From positions 1 through 32,000 of the forward strand of contig CAZYLT010000020.1 of assembly GCA_964648855.1 (NCBI GenBank): a DNA stretch of 32,000 nt, written 5' to 3'. Numbering within the stretch: the first letter of the stretch is position 1; every line of letters starts with the position of its first letter. Position numbers and translations under genes: made by a program. A model generated the notes under the pieces. It ran no database searches. It was not told the DNA's origin and saw only the letters and a list, made by a program, of their open reading frames with translations. Origin of the DNA: an uncultured archaeon (GTDB taxonomy: Archaea > Asgardarchaeota > Thorarchaeia > Thorarchaeales > Thorarchaeaceae). This document shows, one piece after another, positions 9,981 to 19,481 of this stretch.

Positions 9981-10928
9981 ATGGAGTTGTCCGAGATAAC
10001 CAAGTCACAGCTTCGTGCTATTCTCAATTCAGGGGATTTTGTTGTTTCAGGGGAGATTACGCCCCCACATGGTAGTGACAAGGATTTGCTATTGGAGCGT
10101 CTGAATGTCGTCAAAGGCTATTGTGATGCAATCAATGTCACTGATAATGTTCGTGGGATTCCTACACTGAGCAGTCTTGTTGCCACGTATCTCATAAAAC
10201 AAACAGGTCAGGAACCAGTGATGCAGATGTCGGCGAGAGACCGCAATCGAATTCTGTTTGAAAGCGAATTATACGGGGCTCATGCTTTGGGAATTCCGAA
10301 TGTGTTGTTCGTCACAGGAGATCACTCTCTCCTTGGCTCCCATCCCCAAACAAAAACAGTCTATGATATCGACTCCATTCAAGCGTTGGCATTGGCTAAG
10401 CATCTCATGTCAGGAAAAGATTTGGCTGATGATGAGTTAGAAGGAACGCCCCAGTTTTTCCTCGGTTCAACCTTCAATCCCTACGCTGACCCTATGGAAT
10501 TGCAGGTACTACGAACCCACAAGAAGCATGACGCGGGTGCGGAGTTTTTCCAGACGCAGGCGATATTTGATCCCAGTCGTTTCCGTGATTTCATGAAACA
10601 ACTTGGAGAGATCGAAGCAAAGATACTAGCTGGGATTATTCCTCTCAAAGGACCTAGGATGGCACGATTCATGAACCGTCGTATTCCTGGTATCAAGATT
10701 CCTGAAAGCATGATTGAACGTCTAGAAGTTGCTGGAAAGGACCTGAAAGGGCGAGAGAGAATCAAGGCTGTTAGGGGCGAGGGTCTCTCCATTGCGCTCG
10801 AAACTATCGAAGCTATTAAGAAGACTAAGGACGTGGATGGAATCCATATCATGGGTATTGGCTGGGAAGAGAGTATTCCAGAGCTGGTCAAGCGGTCCGG
10901 GCTCTATCCGCGGCCGAAAGGAGATTAA
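9981..10928 (+). CDS. metF: Methylenetetrahydrofolate reductase
   Basis: GEITPP, INVTDN, RDRNRI, VTGDH, GAEFFQTQ, GIHIM motifs. Confidence 0.9.
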   Translation: MELSEITKSQLRAILNSGDFVVSGEITPPHGSDKDLLLERLNVVKGYCDAINVTDNVRGIPTLSSLVATYLIKQTGQEPVMQMSARDRNRILFESELYGAHALGIPNVLFVTGDHSLLGSHPQTKTVYDIDSIQALALAKHLMSGKDLADDELEGTPQFFLGSTFNPYADPMELQVLRTHKKHDAGAEFFQTQAIFDPSRFRDFMKQLGEIEAKILAGIIPLKGPRMARFMNRRIPGIKIPESMIERLEVAGKDLKGRERIKAVRGEGLSIALETIEAIKKTKDVDGIHIMGIGWEESIPELVKRSGLYPRPKGD

Positions 10929-10932
10929 CACG

Positions 10933-11850
10933 ATGTTTGTATTCAAGAAAGAACAGAAGACCTTTGACTTCGGAGGAGTGACAATTGGCGGTAATCCTGG
11001 AGAGTTTCCCACAGTGATGATTGGAGGCTTGTTCTTTAAGTCTCAAGAGGTGGTTGAAGACGTCAAGAAGGGTCTGTTCAAGAAGGACTTGGCCAAGGAA
11101 TGGGTAGATCTTGGAATCCATATGAGTGAGGAAACGGGTCATCCACTCATCATTCAAGTGTACGGAAGAACGCCAGAAGCAATGGAACGTCATATTTCTT
11201 GGCTTACAGAAAACTTCGACGGCCCCTTCATGTTTGAATCCACAATTTCTGCGGCACGATTGAGGGGAATAGAATATTGTAGCGAAGCAGGACTAGAGGA
11301 CCGAGCGATATACAATAGTTTGAATCTTTCAACTAAAGATGCCGAAAAGAGCCTTTTGCAAGAAAAATCGATAGACAAGGCTGTTGTTCTGGGATGGTCT
11401 CCGCGAGCAACCAGTTTGAATGACAGAATGGAAACCGTCACAAACATGATTGATGATGCAAAGAAATTGGGAATCACGAAGATGTTGGTTGACCCTGCTA
11501 CTATGCCTGTTGGAGCAGGGTATGGGCTGGACTACCGCACCATTCTCACAATCAAATCTGAATTGGGATTACCAACATGTCTAGGGCCTCATAATGCCCC
11601 TTCGGCTTGGAAGTTTCTAAGACGGCCTGAACTTAATACAAAAAGCACCCATCTAGCAGCAATAGTGGCATCCACTGCCGTGGCTCAGATTCTTGCTACT
11701 GATAGTGTCATGTACGGTTCGATGAAACGAACTAAAGAGGTGTTTGCTGCAACATCATTGATTGCGAATGCAATCGCCTCAGCTGCAGCTGAAGCAAACA
11801 GAAGTCTGGGAAGAGAAGAAGAATTGTTTGAACCCCCCACATTTGAGTAG
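10933..11850 (+). CDS. mtrH: MtrH-family methyl-pterin:corrinoid methyltransferase (copy 1, divergent)
   Basis: MFVFKKEQ...IGGNPGEFPTVMIG N-terminus, IYNS, GPHNAPSAW. True start is ATG 10933, after an AAGGAG SD. Confidence 0.85.
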   Translation: MFVFKKEQKTFDFGGVTIGGNPGEFPTVMIGGLFFKSQEVVEDVKKGLFKKDLAKEWVDLGIHMSEETGHPLIIQVYGRTPEAMERHISWLTENFDGPFMFESTISAARLRGIEYCSEAGLEDRAIYNSLNLSTKDAEKSLLQEKSIDKAVVLGWSPRATSLNDRMETVTNMIDDAKKLGITKMLVDPATMPVGAGYGLDYRTILTIKSELGLPTCLGPHNAPSAWKFLRRPELNTKSTHLAAIVASTAVAQILATDSVMYGSMKRTKEVFAATSLIANAIASAAAEANRSLGREEELFEPPTFE

Positions 11851-11860
11851 GTGCTGCACA

Positions 11861-12556
11861 ATGAGCAATAATGGCAAATCCCAATCATGGCCTCCCGTAC
11901 CCGGTGACTTTGAAGTAGGAAACCCAGAGAAAAGCGTGGCAGTCTGCACACTTGGAAAGAAAATCAAAGTGGACGCAGACTACTGCATAATTGGAACCTG
12001 TAAAACGGAGAATATCGGTATTGAGCGTGTTATAGTTAATGTCATTTCAAATCCAAATATCCGTTCGTTGATACTATGTGGTCCGGAGGTACCTGGACAT
12101 CATACAGGCTCCTCTCTCCGAAGCCTATACCATGATGGGATTGATGAATCGAATAGGAAGATTCTGGGGGCAAAGGGCGCTATTCCCTATATAGAAAACA
12201 TTCCCCTTGAAGCTGTGGAGCGATTCAGGAAACAAATCTCTCTAGTAGATATGATGGATGAATCTGACCCAGGGGAGATTGCTTCTGCAGTGGTTGAAGC
12301 ACAAGGAGGAGACCCCGGCTCGTATGGAGATGGGCCCATGTGGGTTGATTTTGGAATACGCGACAAATCAGAGACTATTACTATATTGTCAGGAGCAGTA
12401 TCATTGATACCCGAATACAATTTTTCATTCGATCCTGCAACGGGGCTAGTAGAAGAGCGCTCAACCCATGCCAAAATAGCACTTCACCCGAGTAGCATTA
12501 TTGTTGACATGAGAAATGATGAGAACGGGACTATTCTTGTAGGAAAGGAGATGTGA
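11861..12556 (+). CDS. mtrA: Soluble MtrA/MtxA-like corrinoid protein with a C-terminal MtrB-like peptide and no TM anchor
   Basis: WPPVPGDF, VAVCTLG, CKTENIGIERVIVNVISNPNIR, EVPGHHTG (cobamide His ligand), GAIPYIEN, DPG..PM. Start at ATG 11861. Confidence 0.88.
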   Translation: MSNNGKSQSWPPVPGDFEVGNPEKSVAVCTLGKKIKVDADYCIIGTCKTENIGIERVIVNVISNPNIRSLILCGPEVPGHHTGSSLRSLYHDGIDESNRKILGAKGAIPYIENIPLEAVERFRKQISLVDMMDESDPGEIASAVVEAQGGDPGSYGDGPMWVDFGIRDKSETITILSGAVSLIPEYNFSFDPATGLVEERSTHAKIALHPSSIIVDMRNDENGTILVGKEM

Positions 12557-12560
12557 GAAC

Positions 12561-13496
12561 ATGTTTGTCTTCGAGAAAGAGCAGTATATCTATAATGTTG
12601 GCAAGATTCGAATTGGTGGAACAAGAGGAGAGAACCCCACTGTCCTTGCAGGAACGATTTTCTATAGCGGGCACAAAATAGTGGAGGACCCCGAGAAAGG
12701 CATTTTTGACCAGAATGAGGCTGAAAGACTAGTCAACATACAAGATGAGATTTCGGATGAAACCGGCATCCCGTCAATAGTGCACATTTTTTCCGAGTCA
12801 GAGAAAGCTATTAGAAAATACATAGATTTCATTGTGGGTATCACAGACGCTCCAATCATTATTGATTCGACAAATGCTTCTGTACGGATAGCAGGACTTG
12901 AGCATGCTCAAGAAGTAGGAATTCAGGACCGTTGCATCTACAACAGCATCAATATTTCAATCACGGATGAGGAATTGCAGAAGCTCAAAGACCTACAGCA
13001 TGATTGTGCAATAATTCTTGCGTTCAATCCACAGGACTCTACGGTGTCAGGAAAACGAGCTGTCCTAGAACGCGGCATTGGTGAACTCGAGCAAGGATTG
13101 CTTAACCTGTCTCAAGAAATCGGGGTGACAAAACCGCTGATAGATACCGCAATCACAGCCATGGGTGCAGGTGCCGGGTCTGCGGCAGCTTTCACGTTCG
13201 TTTCAAAAATCCTCTATGGCCATCCAGTGGGGTCTGGAATTCATAATGGACCCTCATCATGGCCATGGCTCAAGCAATACAGAAAGAAAAGTCGTACAGC
13301 ATACGCGTCATGTGATGTTGCCTCCAGCCTCATTGTTCAGGTTCTGGGTGCTGACTATATTCTTTATGGCCCAATTAGCAGTGCTCCTCAAGTCTTCCCC
13401 ATCGTTGCAATGGGAGAGGTCATTGCTGCAGAAGCGGCAAAACAGGAGTTCGGACTTGAGCCAGTCGCTGGTCATCCTTTCACAAAGCTGTTGTAG
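12561..13496 (+). CDS. mtrH: MtrH-family methyltransferase (copy 2)
   Basis: MFVFEKEQ...IGGTRGENPTVLAGTIFY, IIIDST, IYNSIN, PLIDTA, GSGIHNGPSSW, GADYILYGPI. Confidence 0.9.
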   Translation: MFVFEKEQYIYNVGKIRIGGTRGENPTVLAGTIFYSGHKIVEDPEKGIFDQNEAERLVNIQDEISDETGIPSIVHIFSESEKAIRKYIDFIVGITDAPIIIDSTNASVRIAGLEHAQEVGIQDRCIYNSINISITDEELQKLKDLQHDCAIILAFNPQDSTVSGKRAVLERGIGELEQGLLNLSQEIGVTKPLIDTAITAMGAGAGSAAAFTFVSKILYGHPVGSGIHNGPSSWPWLKQYRKKSRTAYASCDVASSLIVQVLGADYILYGPISSAPQVFPIVAMGEVIAAEAAKQEFGLEPVAGHPFTKLL

Positions 13497-14921
13497 GTGG
13501 GGCTTTTGGCGGCATCCAATTACTATCGAGTCCGGCCGAGGACTCTTGGGATCAGTTCTCTCAGAATGGGTGCATACTTCACCGTGGCTTCGGTAGAGCT
13601 TGGAAATACCACAACAAAATGCATTATTTGCTCCACTAATCTCAAGACAGCTGAAATTTTTGAGATTGCGAAAGAAGTCAGGATGACACGGACAGTAAGG
13701 TCACCAAAGGATGGTGAGAAGGTATTCGGCAAAACTCTCACTGGGGTGTCTCTTACAAGGGAATCTGTCTCTGAACTCATTAAGACAATCCTGCTATCTG
13801 CTATCTCAAAAGCTGGATTAAGAATGGAACGCGACCTACATTTTGTGGTTCGCTCTACAGGTGTTACTGCTGGGTTTGCGGAGCCTCATGAAGTTGATGC
13901 AATGGTAAAAGCTTTGGCTGATGGCTGCATCAAGGCTGGCGTCTCTCCCAATAGAATGACTGCTGCACTCTCCGCTGAGAATCTGCCGCCTGGACTACAG
14001 GAGTATACTTGGTTAAAAAGAGTATATTTCGATGGTGCTGTTGCGAGCTGCCTTCCCCCTCCCACAACCACCCTTGTTGCCAATGAGATGGAGGGCGAAT
14101 TAGTAACAGCAGGAATGAAAGGTGCCGCAAAGAGCACAAAGGCTGATTTCCGAAATCCGGTAATGACTCTGGACTTTGGAACTACTTTGGCTGGTCGAAT
14201 CACTGATAACAAATTCCCTTACTGCAACACTATTGGTTCCTTTGTTGGTCTGGCAGGCGCCATACCCGATGCCATTGCTAGGGGGTCTGGTTTAGTCAAC
14301 CGAAATGAAGGAACGGCGTTAGAGCTGTCCTCGAACAATGAGAAGGATACTGTGGATGAAGGAGTGATAGACCGAATCCACGAAGTAATCACCGTTGAAA
14401 CTCTGACCGGTGACCATTCTAGATATGGATCAGTGCCAGTCAATTTGAAAGCTGGAAGGGAATCCGGTGTGGTGATGATTGGTGTCGATGTCGGGTCGAA
14501 CGGTTCAAAGATATCAGAGCTTGAAGCAATGGGCAAACAGATAACCGAAGAATACGGTCCTGCGTATTTGAAACCCATAATAGACCATGTTCAGGTTCGC
14601 CTAATTCAACGGATTCTTAGTATCGCTGATAAACAAGGCCTGCTCTTCCCACACACAGCTCTTGGGGTTACTGGTCGAGCAATTACTACTGAGAAGAAGC
14701 CGCAGATTCTCTCGAATGGCCTAAAACTAAATGATGGGTCTCTATGGACGGAAGAACATATTCTCTTGGTTGTTGATGATGGCCTCGCTCTAGGCGCAGC
14801 TGTTGCTGCGAGATGCATGAACTCAATGGGTACAAGACACAACCCAATGGGCGGTAGACAAGGTGACAGATGCGTCATGCCAGAACGAGAAGAAATGCAA
14901 CGTAGCAAATCTGATACGTAA
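13497..14921 (+). CDS. Methanogenesis marker 14-like protein (predicted ASKHA/actin-like ATPase fold)
   Basis: VASVELGNTTTKCI, LHFVVRSTGVTAGF, VANEMEGELVTAG, DFRNP..LDFGTTLAGR, DDGLALGAA..ARCMNS.G..NP.GG. Confidence 0.8.
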   Translation: MGLLAASNYYRVRPRTLGISSLRMGAYFTVASVELGNTTTKCIICSTNLKTAEIFEIAKEVRMTRTVRSPKDGEKVFGKTLTGVSLTRESVSELIKTILLSAISKAGLRMERDLHFVVRSTGVTAGFAEPHEVDAMVKALADGCIKAGVSPNRMTAALSAENLPPGLQEYTWLKRVYFDGAVASCLPPPTTTLVANEMEGELVTAGMKGAAKSTKADFRNPVMTLDFGTTLAGRITDNKFPYCNTIGSFVGLAGAIPDAIARGSGLVNRNEGTALELSSNNEKDTVDEGVIDRIHEVITVETLTGDHSRYGSVPVNLKAGRESGVVMIGVDVGSNGSKISELEAMGKQITEEYGPAYLKPIIDHVQVRLIQRILSIADKQGLLFPHTALGVTGRAITTEKKPQILSNGLKLNDGSLWTEEHILLVVDDGLALGAAVAARCMNSMGTRHNPMGGRQGDRCVMPEREEMQRSKSDT

Positions 14922-14967
14922 TTAGGAGCGTTTATGTCCACTTCAAAGATAGGAGGGATGGATTCCT

Positions 14968-15762
14968 ATGATTGTTCAGCCAATTAAGACTCGAACCATA
15001 AATGAAGATGATAACTTTCTTGACGTTCTCTTTGAGGGATTGAAAAAAGCCGGTTTTTCTTTCCAAAACGGGGATATTCTTGGTATAGCTGAAACTCCGT
15101 TGGGAACAACGGAAGGTCGTGTTGTTAGGCTGTCTGACGTTACTCCAACGGCACACGCTCTTGATCTGGCATCAAAGCATGATTTGATACCCGAGGTTGC
15201 TGAGCTAGTCCTGCAGGAGGCTGATGAGATACTGGGTGGAATTCCCCATGTTCTCCTGACTATCAAAAATAACACCCTCATGGCAAATGCTGGCGTCGAC
15301 AAATCTAATGTGCCCCCAGGCTATGCATCACTTCTGCCAGTTGACTCAAAGAGTAGTGCTAATTGCGTCCGTGAAGAGGTCTACAAAAGAACAGGAAAGC
15401 AAATCGGGGTGATCATAATCGATAGCAGGACACAACCATTACGATTGGGCAATATTGGAATGGCACTTGCAGTATCGGGGTTTAATCCGGTTGCAGATGA
15501 GCGAGGTAAGAAGGACCTATTTGGAAACGAAATGAGAATCACAAGGCGCGCAGTGGCCGATAATCTAGCATCTGCCTGTACAGCCGTCATGGGTGAGTCT
15601 AGCGAATCAATTCCTGCAGCTATAATCAGAGGAGCTCTAGTCGAGCTCTCAGAGGAATCGTATGACTCTTCAGTTATGTGGATTAGCCCTCAGGAATGTA
15701 TGTACATGGCAATCTTCGAGCAATGGCGCAGAGATTGCGGGGAAAACCAGAGTATCGAATGA
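14968..15762 (+). CDS. cofE: Coenzyme F420-0:L-glutamate ligase family protein
   Basis: ANAGVDKSN, IIDS...PLRLG, DLFG, AVADNLASA..VMGE motifs. Confidence 0.85.
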   Translation: MIVQPIKTRTINEDDNFLDVLFEGLKKAGFSFQNGDILGIAETPLGTTEGRVVRLSDVTPTAHALDLASKHDLIPEVAELVLQEADEILGGIPHVLLTIKNNTLMANAGVDKSNVPPGYASLLPVDSKSSANCVREEVYKRTGKQIGVIIIDSRTQPLRLGNIGMALAVSGFNPVADERGKKDLFGNEMRITRRAVADNLASACTAVMGESSESIPAAIIRGALVELSEESYDSSVMWISPQECMYMAIFEQWRRDCGENQSIE

Positions 15763-15880
15763 AGGGAAATCTGCTGTACTAGGCATGTCCTGGCTTCTGG
15801 AGTTCGTGCTCGAAAGAAAGAAAAGGGGAACTCATATCTCGATAGATACAGAGCATTTATGAAACGCAGGGATTGATTAT

Positions 15881-17212
15881 TTGAGCGAAAAGGTGGTTCT
15901 GATCGATGCATCGGTTGCAGGAGCATCAGGGGACATGATTCTATCTGCCCTCATAGATATCCTTCAGGACGATGAAGCCATTGTCCCAGTTGCAGCAAGT
16001 CTTCTCATATATGACCCCGCTATTCGCGTCCAAGTCTTGGACAAGAGCTTGGGTGGTCTTTCTGGAAAGCACCTTGAAATTACCAAGGACAAAAGCGTGA
16101 GATTCGACCCACCGTCGCTTCGTGAGATAATCAGTGTTCTCTCAGAAGAATTGGAGCTTTCGCCCAAGGGGAAACAGCTTGCTAGTGAAGCTCTTGAACA
16201 AATCTTCAGAGCCGAATCCAGAGCTCATGATACTCCAATTGATGAATTACATCTTCACGAAACCGGCTCAATTGACACAATCCTTGACATTGCTGGTACA
16301 ATGTATCTTCTGGAGAAAGCAAATCTACTAGAAGATGCTCGCTTTGTATGTACAAGTGTGGCAGTTGGCAGCGGTACCATCGAAACTGAACACGGCGAAC
16401 TCGAAGTACCGGTTCCGGCAGTTGCTGAAATCATTGTAGAATATGAGATGCCCTTTCACAAGGGTGATGCAAAAACCGAAACACTGACTCCTACAGGCGC
16501 TGCAATTTTAGCGACACTCGCTGAAGAATATGTGGAATCAAGAGATGCCTTCGAAGAAGCACAAAAGGGCAATGGATTCGGTAGCCGTGACCTAGGTGAT
16601 GTTCCTAACGTTCTATCGATTTCGATAGGAAAACTGGAGAAAACAAAACCAGTACCCAAGCCTGAGGAAACGGCAAAGAGAAAGAAACCTCAGCCCGAAT
16701 CAAAACCAACTAAGACAGAGGAGATGCCCATGGAATCAGGAAAATGGAATCAGGATGAAGTGATTGTTATTGAGGCGAATGTCGACGATGTTGACGGCGA
16801 AGTCCTTGGTAACATGATCGACACCCTTACATCAGATGGCATGGCACTAGATGTTGTTATAATTCCTGCCTACGGAAAGAAAAACAGACCATGCTATGTT
16901 GTCAAGGTGATCTCTTCAATAAATGGACTAAATGCTATTGCGGAGCTACTGATTAAGAACTTGGGCACATTGGGCATAAGGTATACTACGTGGTCTAGGT
17001 TGAAGGCACAACGTGAAACAATTGTGACTCGGCTTGAGGTTGATGGTGAGCAATATATGGTCAGGGTTAAACTCTCTCGAGGTCCGGATGGTAGCATTGT
17101 CAACATTAAGCCCGAGCTTGATGACATTACCACTGTATCAAAAGCAACGGGAATTCCAATTCGAGAGTTAAAACCAAGAGTAATCCTTCAGGCTCATGCA
17201 GTCACTGAATGA
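15881..17212 (+). CDS. larC: LarC-family nickel insertion protein (single ORF)
   Basis: AGASGDMILSAL, HLHETG..D.I.D, HG..PVPAV, TPTGAAI, EANVDD, GKKNRP, TLGIR, KPELDD. Confidence 0.88.
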   Translation: MSEKVVLIDASVAGASGDMILSALIDILQDDEAIVPVAASLLIYDPAIRVQVLDKSLGGLSGKHLEITKDKSVRFDPPSLREIISVLSEELELSPKGKQLASEALEQIFRAESRAHDTPIDELHLHETGSIDTILDIAGTMYLLEKANLLEDARFVCTSVAVGSGTIETEHGELEVPVPAVAEIIVEYEMPFHKGDAKTETLTPTGAAILATLAEEYVESRDAFEEAQKGNGFGSRDLGDVPNVLSISIGKLEKTKPVPKPEETAKRKKPQPESKPTKTEEMPMESGKWNQDEVIVIEANVDDVDGEVLGNMIDTLTSDGMALDVVIIPAYGKKNRPCYVVKVISSINGLNAIAELLIKNLGTLGIRYTTWSRLKAQRETIVTRLEVDGEQYMVRVKLSRGPDGSIVNIKPELDDITTVSKATGIPIRELKPRVILQAHAVTE

Positions 17213-19478
17213 ATGGTTCTAGGGAAGCAGACCCATCTCCGCCCAAAGACAAATCGCTGAGATATTTTGCAGGCACTAGATTTTCAAACGCCCTCATACA
17301 GAGCTCTTCGTACGCTTTTGGATCATACGTGGCAGAGTCACCAAGTAGTTCTACTGCTCTAACGCGTCGTAAAGGGTTAGGTGATTCCGTGTCGGTCAAG
17401 ATGTACCGTACCTTCTGACCTGCATGTAACTCTCTTCCTGTTTCTACTACTTGTTTTGCTACTATCGCCGCTCTTGATGTTGCCTTATATTCGTGGGGCT
17501 CACGCGTGAGTCGTGAGTGTAGTACAAGGTCTCGGAGGTCAACATCCCCGTCTCGGAGTTTCGCCGAAAACTCTTCACAAACTGAATACGCTTCGGGAAC
17601 CATCTCTAGAAAACCCTCTTTGTCTTTTCCCTTTGCAAGCGTCTTTATCATCTCTAACTGACAGTCTCCCACATAGAGACAGGTATCTCTTCGGCGGGTT
17701 TCTATGCCTCGTGTTTTGATTCCCCCATTCTGATATACACCATAATATCGGTTCAGAGGCGCAATTGAAGGATGAAGCCTTGATGATGGAATTACCATCC
17801 AGCGATATACTCCCTTCAAGGACATATCGATGTCAACTGTTTTACTCACTCTTCTACAGAATTCTTGCACGTGGTCGAATTCAATTTCGCTTTCAGCTTT
17901 CACCCATAGAGAGTCCACAATACCATGGACCGTCTTAAGTCCCATCTCTTGGCCTATCTCCTGGGTCTTGAGTAGCACTTCACGTGCCAGAGCACAGACC
18001 GCGGTGTGCGCCTCAACACGACCAAATTTCGCATTTTTGAATCCAAGGTACCCAAAACAAGAAACAAGCACACCCTTCAGAGTGTTTTGCATCATCGCGT
18101 ATTTCTTGGTATCTTCTCCCTCTGTTATCAACCGTTTGAATTCGTTCCGTTTACGTACTACCAGCTCCAGTGACTTCGCAATCAATCCTCTCTTGCGATT
18201 ACAGAGACGGAAACTAAGTTCGGGGACTTCAATACAATACTTGTAGTCATAGGGGCAGTCTGTCCGCATGCAGATTGTTTCGGGGCTGATATTTCGAGTC
18301 ACCATCAGCGTGGGATACATAGAGGAGAAGTCGACCTCCGCAACATGCTCATAGATATCCGGCTTTGGCTGAAAAATCAATCCTCCCCTGTCAATATTTG
18401 CCAGCTCGTTTATTGACTTGAGAAACTCGGGATTTCTCTTCACCGGCGGAATGAGTACATCCATCTGGTTCGCTGTATGGAACTGAACTGATGCATTGAC
18501 ACTACCAATGGACATCCGTGCGACTCGCTGTGGTGGAGCAAATGCAAGTCGACAACCCTCTATCACGCCCTCAACTCCTGACGGGCCGTGAAACTGATTA
18601 TCACTTCTATCGATGTGAATTCTACCGTTGAACATCACTTGGTTTCCAGACCGATAGACAATCCGATTATACTGCCAGAACGACTGGGGCTCTCGGTGTA
18701 TCACATTCAGAGGAGTTCCATCACGGGAGAAGGTCAGTTCTACCTCATTCAGCTTTGCTCTGAGAGTAAGATACCTGAACACATGGTCGTCCCCACCCCT
18801 AGTGACGATGATGTCTGGGTCGATGGTATCAACAGCTCTCTGAAGTGATAGGAGGGTCTCTCTCTCGGTGCGTCCCCTCAATTGGATTGCCTTGCCCTGA
18901 TTATAGATTTCAATGTAACTTATTGGATCTTCAAGGCGTGGAAATACGCGTCCAGATGCAACGTAGACCTCAATGCCTATCTCTTCAAGGTCTGGAATGT
19001 CATATTCGGCATCTTCTCGGTTATCAAGGCACTTGATTGCTGTAACTTTCTCTCCCTCGGTTTCGAACTCTATTCTTCCGAAAGCGAAGATCTCCTCACT
19101 CAAAAAGAACTGCTGGACTGGACCGATTTCTGCATGATAGACCACAGCATCAGGGAGTCTCTCAAGATCCTTTGCAACTTCCCTCTGTTTTCCGATATCA
19201 GTGAAAACTCGTAAAACACGAGATTTCTCGTCATCATATACACTGGTATATTTGCGGACTACATCCACTCCTGTCACATGAGAATGCTCTCGTATTGTAT
19301 GAAACAATCGTTGGTCTGTCCACTCTTCAATATCTAGAAGGCTGGTATGCACAAAAAGTGCTGGCTTGAATTTGTCATAGACGTACCCCTGCGTCTTTCC
19401 GTTCCTCTTGATCCAGAGAATCAATGCTTCTCTATCATGGTCTACGCTTGCATCGAGGAGCCATCCCTGTTTTTTCAT
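17202..19478 (-). CDS. polB2: Family B DNA polymerase, PolB2 group, with degenerate proofreading exonuclease
   Basis: Motif A DFSSMYP, NISPET, motif B K...VSCFGYLG, motif C as HGIVDSLW, RGIETRRRD; GWLLD N-terminus; ExoI/II acidic motifs degenerate. Confidence 0.85.
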   Translation of the reverse strand: MKKQGWLLDASVDHDREALILWIKRNGKTQGYVYDKFKPALFVHTSLLDIEEWTDQRLFHTIREHSHVTGVDVVRKYTSVYDDEKSRVLRVFTDIGKQREVAKDLERLPDAVVYHAEIGPVQQFFLSEEIFAFGRIEFETEGEKVTAIKCLDNREDAEYDIPDLEEIGIEVYVASGRVFPRLEDPISYIEIYNQGKAIQLRGRTERETLLSLQRAVDTIDPDIIVTRGGDDHVFRYLTLRAKLNEVELTFSRDGTPLNVIHREPQSFWQYNRIVYRSGNQVMFNGRIHIDRSDNQFHGPSGVEGVIEGCRLAFAPPQRVARMSIGSVNASVQFHTANQMDVLIPPVKRNPEFLKSINELANIDRGGLIFQPKPDIYEHVAEVDFSSMYPTLMVTRNISPETICMRTDCPYDYKYCIEVPELSFRLCNRKRGLIAKSLELVVRKRNEFKRLITEGEDTKKYAMMQNTLKGVLVSCFGYLGFKNAKFGRVEAHTAVCALAREVLLKTQEIGQEMGLKTVHGIVDSLWVKAESEIEFDHVQEFCRRVSKTVDIDMSLKGVYRWMVIPSSRLHPSIAPLNRYYGVYQNGGIKTRGIETRRRDTCLYVGDCQLEMIKTLAKGKDKEGFLEMVPEAYSVCEEFSAKLRDGDVDLRDLVLHSRLTREPHEYKATSRAAIVAKQVVETGRELHAGQKVRYILTDTESPNPLRRVRAVELLGDSATYDPKAYEELCMRAFENLVPAKYLSDLSLGGDGSASLEPFIQ

Positions 19479-19481
19479 CTA

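Noticed and set aside
10792-11860. Long N-terminal extensions of mtrH1 (10792) and mtrA (11762) in the ORF track, and likewise hflX (7808) and WD40 (22550)
   Set aside because: Most overlap upstream genes; family-typical N-termini or SD/TATA positions point to downstream starts.
10933-14921. Evidence for methanogenesis
   Set aside because: No mcr, mtrCDE or membrane anchor in the window; mtrA/mtrH homologues occur in non-methanogens.
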